Positions 50,612-60,176 of a stretch of 64,000 bases of DNA are shown here, one piece after another. Each line of letters begins with the position of its first letter. The stretch's first letter is position 1. A program made the translations under genes and the position numbers. This stretch comes from Bdellovibrionota bacterium (lineage in GTDB: Bacteria > Bdellovibrionota_C > UBA2361 > JBGSMV01): the NCBI GenBank assembly GCA_044356455.1, contig JBIKWF010000007.1:15465-79464 (forward strand). The letters are read 5' to 3'. The notes under the pieces are model-generated. The model saw only the letters and a program-made list of their open reading frames with translations. It ran no database searches and was not told the origin of the DNA.

Positions 50612-51565
50612 ATGCTCAGGCGACCAATAATATTTGGCATGGTAACGACGAGTAGGTCACATGCCTATACGCATGTAGCCCTCGAATCTTTCGCCCGGCA
50701 TACTTCTCTTGGGCCAAGGGATAGCTTTTACCTGATAGATAACAACTCAGATTTTATTGAGAGCCCTTCCCTCCGAAGCAGCGCCGTTAGCTCAGGGTTT
50801 GCGGCGCAATTAGAGACCGTAAAGAATTCCTCTCCCCTGGGGTTCTCGGCGAATGCCAATCAAATGATTGAGCGTGCGCTTGGCGCAGGAGCGGATCTCA
50901 TTTTCATGAACAACGACTTAGTCTTTGGCAAGGAATGGCTTCCCCCGCTGCTTGAAGGAGATAATGCGATTGTTTCTCCGCTTTGTAATAGGGATGTGCA
51001 GTACGCTATCTCGGCGGTGATTCCTAAGACTGGTCACGTAAGCCATGTCTTTGCTCTTTCTTCCGTCATGGAGCTTAAGGACTATGAGGGCAACGCGGCG
51101 TGTTTTGACGCCATCGTCGAGAGTCATAGGCGGATAGGCGCTGGTTTTACTTCAGTGCTCCATGTGCCCTTTTTCTGTGTCCGAATTCCCTTTGCGGTAC
51201 TCGAGAAAGTCGGAAAATTCGATGAACAGTTCGGAAATGGCGGTGGAGAGGACTACGATTATGGACTCCGTGCGTACCTCGCCGGTCACGAAATTAGGGT
51301 CGTATTGTCCTCGTTTATCCTGCATTTTCAGGGCAAGTCCTCTTGGGCGGGAGGGGAAACAAAAGAGGAGCAGCGAGCCCGGGAGGAGCAGTTTTTCCGT
51401 CGCTTTATTGAAAAGTGGGGAAACGATCTTTTTGAGCTAGTCCTGCGTGAAAATACGGCAATGCTCTCGAAGGCTCCGCCCGTGAATCCCGAGAGGCCCG
51501 CGGAGTCGTTCCGTGAGTGCATTCGAGTTTTGAAAGGTTTGCATGCTCCTGCGGTGAAATTATGA
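50612..51565 (+). CDS. Family-2-like glycosyltransferase
   Basis: LIDNNSD, GFSANAN, FMNND, VGKFDEQFGNGGGEDYDYGLRA. Confidence 0.85.
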   Translation: MLRRPIIFGMVTTSRSHAYTHVALESFARHTSLGPRDSFYLIDNNSDFIESPSLRSSAVSSGFAAQLETVKNSSPLGFSANANQMIERALGAGADLIFMNNDLVFGKEWLPPLLEGDNAIVSPLCNRDVQYAISAVIPKTGHVSHVFALSSVMELKDYEGNAACFDAIVESHRRIGAGFTSVLHVPFFCVRIPFAVLEKVGKFDEQFGNGGGEDYDYGLRAYLAGHEIRVVLSSFILHFQGKSSWAGGETKEEQRAREEQFFRRFIEKWGNDLFELVLRENTAMLSKAPPVNPERPAESFRECIRVLKGLHAPAVKL

Positions 51566-51605
51566 GTGCCAATGGGCCTCGAGCGGAAAAGAAGACGGAG
51601 TACTT

Positions 51606-52394
51606 GTGATAACTCTCGTACGTCCTTCGATTGCGGCAGTCTGCTGTGTCTATGACGATATCGACTGGCTTACGCCTACGGTGCTTTCCGTCTATCCCGC
51701 GGTCGATGCGTACCTCTTTTTTGTAAACAAACGTCCGTGGGCGGGTTTGCCATCTGACAACTCAAGCACCTTGCGGACCCTCGAAGAGCTCCCCGATCCG
51801 GGCAAAAAGATACAAATTATTCGTGAAGATTGGCCTGACGAAGTTCAGCAGCGCAATTTTTCAATCGCATATGCCCAGCAACTTGGCTTCCAGTATTCAA
51901 TGGTAGTGGATGCAGACGAGATTTATCACACTGAGCAGCTGCTCAAGATACTGCATCTTGTGGCGATGAACCCGCAAATTGATTGCTGGCACATGAGGTG
52001 GTTTACCTATTGGAAGAGTCCTCAGTTTAGAATTGACCCGGTTGAACCGTACGACCCTCCGGTTTTTATCAAACATGGTACGGGAGGGTACGTGGAGACT
52101 CGGAACTTCCGTGCGCATTCGCATGAGCTTGTGCCGCCAGAGCTTGGTATGTGTCATCACCTAAGTTATGCCCGAACCGATGAGCAGATTCATCGCAAGT
52201 TGGCCATGTTCAGTCACTCGCATCAGATTCTTTCGGGCTGGTTTGAAAGAGTGTGGAAGGCTTGGGATAGTAATCAGGCACTTGAGAATCTTCATCCGGT
52301 AAAGCCGGAGTATTACAAGAGAGCAATTCCCCAGGATCCGTTGCTACTTCCTATGGTGTTGACGAATTGGACTTCAGTTTCGCAGCGCGAATGA
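51606..52394 (+). CDS. GT-A-fold glycosyltransferase-like protein
   Basis: SDNSST, EVQQRN, VDADEIY (DxD), HHLSYAR. Confidence 0.72.
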   Translation: MITLVRPSIAAVCCVYDDIDWLTPTVLSVYPAVDAYLFFVNKRPWAGLPSDNSSTLRTLEELPDPGKKIQIIREDWPDEVQQRNFSIAYAQQLGFQYSMVVDADEIYHTEQLLKILHLVAMNPQIDCWHMRWFTYWKSPQFRIDPVEPYDPPVFIKHGTGGYVETRNFRAHSHELVPPELGMCHHLSYARTDEQIHRKLAMFSHSHQILSGWFERVWKAWDSNQALENLHPVKPEYYKRAIPQDPLLLPMVLTNWTSVSQRE

Positions 52395-52448
52395 AATTTC
52401 AAGCAAGGGGTAGGGGACGGGCCTGCAATACATTTTTAAATATCCTTT

Positions 52449-53393
52449 ATGCGTGTCGCCTTTCACTCAAATCAGCTCGGGTTGCGTGGAACCGAGATTG
52501 CTCTATTCGACTATGCGCATCATAACGAGCGAATTTTAGGCAATGAGTCTGTCATAATCACGGACCGCAATGCGCGCTTTCATGACGTGAAAGCGATTCA
52601 AAAATTTGGAAGTCGGTTTCCCGTTTTTGCGTATCAGCATGTGAGCGAGCTGGACGCCGTTCTCGCGCAATCCGGGGCAGAGGTCGTGTACTGTATTAAA
52701 GCGGGAGTTCGAGACGAGGTGGTCTCAAAGAACCTGAAGACGGCGGTGCACGCCGTGTTCCAATATTATGAGCCGCACGGCAACGTGTATGCGTATGTCT
52801 CAGAATGGTTATCCAAGCATATGACGGGGAGTGCGGCTCCCTTTGTCCCCCACATGATTGATTTGCCGCGTACCGACGAGAATCTCCGGCTTTCGTTAGG
52901 CATTCCCCCCGAGGCGATTGTTTTTGGGCGCCATGGTGGCTACGAGACGTTTGACCTCGATTTTGTGAGGGAAGCAGTGGTAGAGGTCGCTTCTGCACAT
53001 CCGCAGCGGTATTTTCTTTTTCTCAATACTGAGTCGTTTGGCGCGCCGCTTCCTAATCTGAAGTTTTTGGAGGGAACTGCAGACCCCCTCTACAAAGTGA
53101 AGTTTATCAACACCTGTAACGCAATGTTGCACGGACGCCGAAGTGGGGAGACCTTTGGTCTTGCGGTGGGTGAATTCTCTGTGTGCAATAAACCGGTGCT
53201 GACCTGGAGCGGTTCCGTGGAAAGGTCACACATCGAACTTCTTGGCGCCAAGGGATTCTATTACTCAGAAAAGAGCGAGTTACTTTCGATGCTCCACGAG
53301 CCTCCCTTCGAGGCAAATGGATTCTGGGATTGCTACTCGGATCACTTCTCTCCTGAGCGGGTGATGGTCAAATTTAGAGAAGTCTTCTTGTGA
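52449..53393 (+). CDS. GT-B-fold (GT4-like) glycosyltransferase
   Basis: RGTEIALFDYA, HGRRSGETFGLAVGEF (E-x7-E), FSPERVMVKF. Confidence 0.75.
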   Translation: MRVAFHSNQLGLRGTEIALFDYAHHNERILGNESVIITDRNARFHDVKAIQKFGSRFPVFAYQHVSELDAVLAQSGAEVVYCIKAGVRDEVVSKNLKTAVHAVFQYYEPHGNVYAYVSEWLSKHMTGSAAPFVPHMIDLPRTDENLRLSLGIPPEAIVFGRHGGYETFDLDFVREAVVEVASAHPQRYFLFLNTESFGAPLPNLKFLEGTADPLYKVKFINTCNAMLHGRRSGETFGLAVGEFSVCNKPVLTWSGSVERSHIELLGAKGFYYSEKSELLSMLHEPPFEANGFWDCYSDHFSPERVMVKFREVFL

Positions 53394-54356
53394 TCATGGG
53401 TTGGTTTTTGCCTTTTCACGCGGTGTGCTGCGTTCGAAAGTGAGAAACAGTCCAGCTGGCCCTTCGTTCGAAATCTTAATGCAGGGCGCAGCATTGGTAG
53501 TGCAAGCCTCGAGGCTGCACTTGAACTTATAAGGCGGGGTGTCAAACCGGGAGGGCTTGAGTCGCTCTATAGCAAACTCTACGCGAGTGCCAGTAAGTGG
53601 AGCTACTCGTGCCGACGGCTTTGCTGGAGTGACTTCTTGGAGGCCTCGCTCAAAAATTGCAACTGACGTGTGGGTGCTCGAATGCAGGGCGAGAAATACC
53701 TGGCGTCGTGAGGCGAGAGAAACCCGAACTTTGTCATAAAGAGAAAGCCGCGGAGCATCCTTTTGGTCACTACGCCTCGCGAGACTTTTGCCATTCCCAA
53801 GCAACTGTATCATGCCACTTTGGCAATGGCCTGGCTCAGAAATTTCCGCTACCCGCGTTTCCAGCAGCTCTTTGGCAATGAGCAGGCTCTTTCCCGGGGG
53901 CACCCATAGCGAGGTTTGCTTGCGGACTTTCCCCGTCGAAAAGACAGGAACCTCTTCCACTGAAGTTGCACCGTTAATCATGAATCCGGTAAAGGGGAGT
54001 TTCGCGAGTAGAGACCCGTCGACTAGTTGATTTGAATCAAGAGAAACGCCGCTGCGGAGAAGGGTGGCGCCAAGAACTCGAGCTCCTTCAGGAGATTCAC
54101 AAAAAAGGCACAGAGAATAAAGAATAGGCGCCGAGACTCCATGGGCGCTGATGAACTGTATCGAATCGTGAAACCAGCTGTGGCCGGGATGGGGAGGGAG
54201 ATTCCTCATGAGACGCAAGAGAAGCGGAAGGTCGCAAGTCGCTGCTGTCCGAAACTGGCTGGCCGAATAATGCGAAGAGCGTCTCTCTGGAGGAGGGGGC
54301 GCGGCGCCACCTTCGGAAGAAGGACTCAGGCGAATGTGGGTATTCGAGCTCAACAT
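53394..54356 (-). CDS. Hypothetical protein
   Basis: 320-aa ORF with Pro/Ser-rich N-terminus; stop abuts the GT stop; no motif recognised. Confidence 0.5.
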   Translation of the reverse strand: MLSSNTHIRLSPSSEGGAAPPPPERRSSHYSASQFRTAATCDLPLLLRLMRNLPPHPGHSWFHDSIQFISAHGVSAPILYSLCLFCESPEGARVLGATLLRSGVSLDSNQLVDGSLLAKLPFTGFMINGATSVEEVPVFSTGKVRKQTSLWVPPGKSLLIAKELLETRVAEISEPGHCQSGMIQLLGNGKSLARRSDQKDAPRLSLYDKVRVSLASRRQVFLALHSSTHTSVAIFERGLQEVTPAKPSARVAPLTGTRVEFAIERLKPSRFDTPPYKFKCSLEACTTNAAPCIKISNEGPAGLFLTFERSTPREKAKTNP

Positions 54357-54482
54357 GGACTGGCAAGGATAGCATTCGTATTCTTCCTAGTCGAGCGTGA
54401 GGGAGGCCGCTTAATAGCACAGAAATTGATTGATTGAGGCCAGCCTGAGTGTAATAACCACCGGACTTAATGGGGATTGTGT

Positions 54483-55112
54483 ATGAAGCAACTCGCAACT
54501 CTGCTTGAAAGTAATCGGCGCTGGGCCGCTCGCATCGAGAAGCAGTCTCCCGGCTTTTTTAAGGGCCTTCAGCACCAACAAGCCCCGGCTTACCTATGGA
54601 TTGGCTGCTCCGATAGCAGAGTTCCCGCCAATGAAATTGTAGGCCTCGCTCCTGGCGAGCTCTTTGTTCACCGAAATGTGGCTAATGTGGTTGTCCATAC
54701 CGACCTCAATTGTCTTTCGGTAGTTCAGTATGCGGTGGATGTTTTGAAAGTAAGGCACATTATTGTGTGCGGTCACTATGGCTGCGGCGGGATTACTGCC
54801 GCGCATCGAAATGCAAAATTGGGTCTCATTTCAAATTGGCTCAGACATGTGCAAGACGTGGCCCAGAAGCATCGCTCGGTACTTGAGAAACTTTCGGATG
54901 AAACCCTGATTCTCAACCGGCTGGCCGAGTTAAACGTGTCCGAGCAGGTGCTCAACTTATGTCAGACGACGGTGGTGCAGGCGGCGTGGGAGAGAAGCCA
55001 GGATCTCACGGTCCATGGCTGGATATATGGTCTCCATGACGGCATCCTGCAGGATTTAGAGACTACCATCTCAAGTCCGGATGAAGTTGAGATCCAGCGT
55101 CGGCGGGCGTAA
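54483..55112 (+). CDS. can: Beta-class carbonic anhydrase
   Basis: WIGCSDSRVP, FVHRNVAN, CGHYGCGG; ATG at 54483. Confidence 0.95.
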   Translation: MKQLATLLESNRRWAARIEKQSPGFFKGLQHQQAPAYLWIGCSDSRVPANEIVGLAPGELFVHRNVANVVVHTDLNCLSVVQYAVDVLKVRHIIVCGHYGCGGITAAHRNAKLGLISNWLRHVQDVAQKHRSVLEKLSDETLILNRLAELNVSEQVLNLCQTTVVQAAWERSQDLTVHGWIYGLHDGILQDLETTISSPDEVEIQRRRA

Positions 55113-55277
55113 CTCAAACCTCGCATATCCTCGCCAGTACGAGAAATTCTTAGCTCAGAAGAGGCCTTGTGTCTCGCCTCCGAATAATCTGGATTCCCCC
55201 CTAAAGTTTTGCCCCGAGTCATTTAGCTTATCCACTAGGAGTCCGACCTTTGGATTGGGTCGTCGTGATAGGGGTCT

Positions 55278-56921
55278 ATGTTTAGTTCTTCATCCAAGCC
55301 ACCTCCGCCAAAGGGCAGAAAGCCCCTCGCCACGCGAGGCACGCCTGCTCGTAGCGGCGGCGACCAGACTACCGTCGAGGGCAATCTTAAACTTATTCTT
55401 GATTCAGAAGACGACGCAGCCGGCGTGCGTAAAAGTGCCGAAGCCTTGGCTGACGCGGCAGTTGATGCCCCGCTTATTAGGCTCGTGAACTGCCTACTCT
55501 TTGAGGCCGTTAAGGCAAATGCTTCGGATATTCACATCGAACCCTTCGAGACCATGCTCCGAGTACGTCTTCGTATCGATGGCATGCTTCAAGAAGTCCA
55601 GAAGATTCCTGCCAAGTTAGCATCGTCTTTGTCCTCTCGACTCAAGATCATGGCTGAGCTTGATATTTGCGAGCGTCGCGTTCCCCAAGATGGATGCTTT
55701 AAGCTCAAAACCCCAGAATTCCAGGCTGAATTTCGTATGAGCACGCTGCCGTCGGCTTTTGGCGAGAAGATAGTGCTTCGCGTGATGTCTTCGGCCGCAG
55801 TGAATAATGACCTTTCCAAGCTTGGTATTCCTGCGACGCAGCTAAAGAGTATTCGTGAAGCCATTCACCGTCCTGATGGCCTCGTCCTGGTGACGGGTCC
55901 TACGGGTTCCGGGAAAACAACTACACTGTATGCGGCGCTTAATGAGCTCAATGACATGTCAGTGAGCGTATTTACCGCAGAGGACCCGATTGAGGGAACT
56001 TTGCAGGGCGTGACGCAGTGCCAGGCGAATCCTGCAGTGGGATACACGTTTGCCGCGATTCTGCGCTCTTTGCTGCGTCAGGACCCGGACGTCATCCTTG
56101 TGGGTGAAATTCGTGACCAAGAAACCGCAGAGATTTCGATTAAAGCGGCGCTCACGGGTCACCTTGTGCTTTCAACCTTGCACACAAACTGCGCGGTCTC
56201 AACGATTCAGCGACTTCTCAATATGGGAGTGGCTCCCTACTTGATAACCACCTCGGTAAACTGTGTCGTCGCGCAGCGCCTCGTGCGCCGCATCTGTCAG
56301 CATTGTAAGCAGCAGGTAAATGTCCCCGGTGAGCTTCTCTCTAAGCTTGGTTCGGGGGCAGAAGTGATAGCGGGACATCCTATCTGGCACGGTCAGGGCT
56401 GCGATAAGTGCCGTAACCTTGGTTACTCAGGGCGCGCGCCTCTCTATGAGGTACTAGAGCTTGACGATGAAATGCGCGCCATGATTCTGAGTGGCGCTTC
56501 CCGTGAATCGCTCAAACGGTATGCCATTTCAGCGGGGATGATAACCCTACGTCGTGCGGGGTTGGAGCTGGTTCGAGAAGGAATTACCACTATTGAAGAA
56601 GTTCTCGGTTCGACTACTGAGGAGGAAGAGGTGTCGTCAGATCCTGTGCCCACGCCAGTGCCGTCTACAGGAATAGTGCCTGCAGCCATTAGGACGAGTC
56701 CCGCCATAGCTGTGCCAGCCGCTGCGGTGCCGGTTCACCAAGTTGAACCTCTCATTCATGGCGCAGCCACAAAAGTAGCTGAGGCCATTCCGCAAGTGAA
56801 GCGGATCGCGCAAGGACCAGGATCGCCACCAGTAGCCGCACCTGTCAAAGCAAAGCCACAGGCGAATGTGCCTGCCGCTCAGCGCTGGGGCGCAAAAAAA
56901 ACATCGAGGTCATCGGTATAA
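55278..56921 (+). CDS. GspE/PilB-family secretion ATPase, N-terminally short, with a Pro/Ala-rich C-tail
   Basis: ASDIHIEP, ERRVPQDG, GPTGSGKTT, LRQDPDVILVGEIRD, STLHTN, CQHC..CDKC. Confidence 0.93.
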   Translation: MFSSSSKPPPPKGRKPLATRGTPARSGGDQTTVEGNLKLILDSEDDAAGVRKSAEALADAAVDAPLIRLVNCLLFEAVKANASDIHIEPFETMLRVRLRIDGMLQEVQKIPAKLASSLSSRLKIMAELDICERRVPQDGCFKLKTPEFQAEFRMSTLPSAFGEKIVLRVMSSAAVNNDLSKLGIPATQLKSIREAIHRPDGLVLVTGPTGSGKTTTLYAALNELNDMSVSVFTAEDPIEGTLQGVTQCQANPAVGYTFAAILRSLLRQDPDVILVGEIRDQETAEISIKAALTGHLVLSTLHTNCAVSTIQRLLNMGVAPYLITTSVNCVVAQRLVRRICQHCKQQVNVPGELLSKLGSGAEVIAGHPIWHGQGCDKCRNLGYSGRAPLYEVLELDDEMRAMILSGASRESLKRYAISAGMITLRRAGLELVREGITTIEEVLGSTTEEEEVSSDPVPTPVPSTGIVPAAIRTSPAIAVPAAAVPVHQVEPLIHGAATKVAEAIPQVKRIAQGPGSPPVAAPVKAKPQANVPAAQRWGAKKTSRSSV

Positions 56922-56957
56922 TTTCAAGGGAATGAAGGACCAAAAGAGGGAGCACGT

Positions 56958-57380
56958 ATGAATCCAAAATTTCTTGTGGTTGATGATGACCCAAGCTGCA
57001 CTGATATTCTTTCCATGATGCTAGTGGGACTTGGTTGTGAAGCGGTTGCAGTACATTCAGGCCAAGAGGCGCTCCAGATTCTGAGTGATGAAGCTCAGAC
57101 GAGCCAATTCCAAGCAGTATTTCTCGACGTGATGATGCCTGACATTGATGGCCTTGAAGTGCTTAAGAGAGTGAGAAATCTCTCACACGGGGCAGAGCTT
57201 CCGATTCTTCTCATCACTGCCATGGACAAGTCAGACAATGTGCTTAATGGCTATATATCTGGGGCGACTTACTACATTACCAAGCCGTTCTCCCAAGAGC
57301 AGGTAGTGTACGGACTCGATACGGTCCTGGGGGAGGAAGAAGAGTCTTCATCTGCGAGAATCTTTCACCTAGATGAATAG
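56958..57380 (+). CDS. Single-domain response regulator
   Basis: LVVDDD, FLDVMMPDIDG, ITA, YITKPF. Confidence 0.93.
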   Translation: MNPKFLVVDDDPSCTDILSMMLVGLGCEAVAVHSGQEALQILSDEAQTSQFQAVFLDVMMPDIDGLEVLKRVRNLSHGAELPILLITAMDKSDNVLNGYISGATYYITKPFSQEQVVYGLDTVLGEEEESSSARIFHLDE

Positions 57381-57442
57381 CACTATCGGAACTTTAAGTT
57401 GTTTCTCAGCGAAGATGAGCGTGGGAGTGAGAGCGAGGGGCT

Positions 57443-58774
57443 GTGGCGGCAAAACGTAACCTGATTACTATCAAGCGAATTATTGCCGATGTTAATATTG
57501 GCATTACGCTTAATTGTGCAGCTGGCTCGATTTCTGTCTTGCAGGACGACGAGGGGGGCCTGAATCAAGATTACGAAAGAGTGCTGCTAAGCACAGCGCA
57601 GCGTTCGGGCGAGGGAGTTGAGAGGGATGGCTTAGTTCTCTCTTCCTCAGAAATTACTTCGATAGGATTTGGACCCGTGCGTGAGGATCATCCCTCAGCG
57701 GGAAGTTATTTGCTCTCGCTTGGGCTTCACGAAGATGAGTGTGAAGAGATAATCAAGCAATATGAGCTTGAGAGCCAAGCGTATCTTCCGTTTCGTCTCC
57801 TTCCTACCACAGCGCAGCGGCAGCTGCAGCTCATTGGATTAATGCGGACCCCGGTTACTCTTGCTGTCCTAAATGATCCCTTCATGCCATTTAGTGGACG
57901 CTGGAGGGAGCGTTTTGCCGAACTTCTTCTTGATTATGTGCGTACTACCTCCTCTACGATTGTTCTTCTCAACTTAAGCTTCCTGCCTAAGGCTTGGAGT
58001 GAAAAGCCAGAAGTGCGTTTCGTTAATCTTGCAGCTGAGCAAGAGAAAACAGTCCAGAAGCATTTCTCCGTCAAGATCTCCGAGGAGAAGAGGACAAATC
58101 TCGCACCGGCAGAACCCCTGGCACGAAAACTGGCAAATCAAGGGGCAGCATCAGGGCCCCTTGCCTCTGGAGCGCCATCGGAAGTTATGCCTGGCGGCCC
58201 TGCCATTTCTCCTCCAAGTACGGGGCTTTGGTGGAAAGACGCGCTTGTGCATGGCATGGCTGATTTTAGCCGGTCGGTGCGAACTTTACATGGAGCGGTA
58301 GCAGCTTGTTGCGTATTGGCTGCGGTGGTGGGGATTGGAATCGTCTCGTATCCTCAGGCCTCGAAGAGCTGGGCAAAAATGCGAGAAATCTCCTCGCACT
58401 TTGAAGACAACAAGGGCGCTCCGGCTCTTGAGGAAGACGAAGGTGATCTTTCTTCGGAGTCTGAAGCCGAGAGGGCCTCTTTGTCCACGGCGGGGCAAAC
58501 CGAGGGCAACGCTGCGTTATCTTCTGAGGTGTTGAGTGATGACTCTGGAGAGCTCGCGGAGACCGGTAGTTTGCAGGACGAGGCTGCCGAAAACGAAGAG
58601 TTGCAACTTGCCTCTGCTTTTCTCCCTGTTGGAGAGTCTGGCCACGAAGAGCCCCCCATAGATTTCGCCGACCTTGTGGCCTCTGGGCCAGGGGATATTG
58701 CCACCGCACTTGACGGGAATCTTCTTTGTCTCGAGCAGAGTTCCCGCAATTTCTCGGGTGATGGGGAGCTTTAA
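57443..58774 (+). CDS. Hypothetical bitopic membrane protein with a possible degenerate ABC-ATPase-like N-domain
   Basis: LPTTAQRQLQLIG...LAVLNDPF resembles signature/Walker B spacing; one TM; acidic C-terminus. Confidence 0.6.
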   Translation: MAAKRNLITIKRIIADVNIGITLNCAAGSISVLQDDEGGLNQDYERVLLSTAQRSGEGVERDGLVLSSSEITSIGFGPVREDHPSAGSYLLSLGLHEDECEEIIKQYELESQAYLPFRLLPTTAQRQLQLIGLMRTPVTLAVLNDPFMPFSGRWRERFAELLLDYVRTTSSTIVLLNLSFLPKAWSEKPEVRFVNLAAEQEKTVQKHFSVKISEEKRTNLAPAEPLARKLANQGAASGPLASGAPSEVMPGGPAISPPSTGLWWKDALVHGMADFSRSVRTLHGAVAACCVLAAVVGIGIVSYPQASKSWAKMREISSHFEDNKGAPALEEDEGDLSSESEAERASLSTAGQTEGNAALSSEVLSDDSGELAETGSLQDEAAENEELQLASAFLPVGESGHEEPPIDFADLVASGPGDIATALDGNLLCLEQSSRNFSGDGEL

Positions 58775-58806
58775 ATGAGTCTTTTGTCCGCAGCGGAGCT
58801 GTTCAG

Positions 58807-60096
58807 ATGAGCCTAGAAGTTTCAGGCCCCCATCAAGAGGGAACATCCATTCAGGAGCTTGAGCGGCGCCTCGGGCTTGTTTCTCGTTTGCCCCTCTTGT
58901 TTTCGAGTGGTGGTACGGCAGAACGCACGTTCGCGCTGGCCCTTAAATATGTTCGGCAGGAACTTCAGGCAGAAGCTGCAAGTTTGTTTCTCTTTGATGA
59001 GGAGCGCGGGGCGTTGACGTGGTGGGCCCTCGACGGAGGCGCAGAGCAGCTTCGAAGTGCCGTACTGCCGGCTGATAAGGGGATCGTGGGCTGGGTAGTG
59101 GCTCGTCAGGAAGCGGTTATTTCAAACAACCCGGCGGAAGATAAGCGCTTTAACAGTCAGGTAGACGAGAATACTGCCTTTAAAACAAGGAACCTCGTTT
59201 GCGTTCCTCTGTGCGGCTCAGGGTCAGAAAAATTAGGAGCTCTTCAATTTCTCAATAAGTCAGAAGCTGGATTTTCCCAAGAAGATTTGAGCTTGCTCGA
59301 ATGTATCGCTCCTCAGTTTGTGCTCGGGATGCAGAATACCCTGCGCGGAGAGCGTTTGCGTGAGGCGCATGCGAAACTTGCTGCACTACAAAAGCGCCGT
59401 GACGATATGTTGTCGGTTCTAAGCCATGAGTTTAGGACTCCTCTTGGTATTATTCAGGCGTCTGGTGACCTTTTGGCGCGTGGGAATCTTCCGCCAAGCC
59501 AACTAAAGAAAACCTCCGAGAAGCTGAGTGATGGAGTGCAGCGCCTTCTACGCCTCGTGGCCGGAGTGCGTAATGCCGCTGTGGTGCGTAACTCCGAAGT
59601 GCAGGTCCAAAATGGAGTGTTTTCTTTGAGTGATATAACGAGTGGAATTGTTTCCCAGCTCTCAGAGGCGACTCGCGCCGTGCGGAATCTTACTTTTGAA
59701 GAGAAGATTCAGCCCAAGCTTCTTGTCGCGGGAGATGATGTATTGATTGGTCTCGCTCTCAGCAACCTTCTGCACAATGCCATTCGTTTTACCCCAGATG
59801 GGGGTAGAATAAGAGTGGCTGCCTCTGAGTCGCTGGGGGTCGTTTCCCTTGAAGTTTCTGATACCGGGATTGGGATTGCTGAACATCAGCGTGGGGCTAT
59901 CTTTGAAAAATTCTATGAGGTCGGCGACATGCTTGCGCACTCTTCCGGTAGCTTGAGTTTCAAATCAGGCGGAATTGGCCTTGGACTCTCAACGGTAAAG
60001 TCCATCCTCGATGCCCACCGCGCATCTCTTGAAGTAGAGAGCGGGAAGGGCGGGGGGAGCACCTTTCGTATTCGGCTCCGTGCTGCCACGAAGTAG
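58807..60096 (+). CDS. Cytoplasmic GAF-domain histidine kinase
   Basis: GIVGWV, DKRFN..VD..T.FKTRNLVCVPL, LNK; SHEFRTPL, NLLHNAIRFT, DTGIGI, GIGLGL. Confidence 0.93.
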   Translation: MSLEVSGPHQEGTSIQELERRLGLVSRLPLLFSSGGTAERTFALALKYVRQELQAEAASLFLFDEERGALTWWALDGGAEQLRSAVLPADKGIVGWVVARQEAVISNNPAEDKRFNSQVDENTAFKTRNLVCVPLCGSGSEKLGALQFLNKSEAGFSQEDLSLLECIAPQFVLGMQNTLRGERLREAHAKLAALQKRRDDMLSVLSHEFRTPLGIIQASGDLLARGNLPPSQLKKTSEKLSDGVQRLLRLVAGVRNAAVVRNSEVQVQNGVFSLSDITSGIVSQLSEATRAVRNLTFEEKIQPKLLVAGDDVLIGLALSNLLHNAIRFTPDGGRIRVAASESLGVVSLEVSDTGIGIAEHQRGAIFEKFYEVGDMLAHSSGSLSFKSGGIGLGLSTVKSILDAHRASLEVESGKGGGSTFRIRLRAATK

Positions 60097-60105
60097 CAGT
60101 CAAAC

Positions 60106-60161
60106 CTCTTAGTGTTCTTTGTGTTCTTAGTGGTAGTTCTAAATCCACTAAGAACACAAAG
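60106..60161. repeat. Shell-less periodic hairpin between convergent genes
   Basis: CTTTGTGTTCTTAGTGG / CCACTAAGAACACAAAG perfect arms plus an extra CTTAGTGTT unit. Confidence 0.8.
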
Positions 60162-60176
60162 CTGAAAGCCAAGGTA

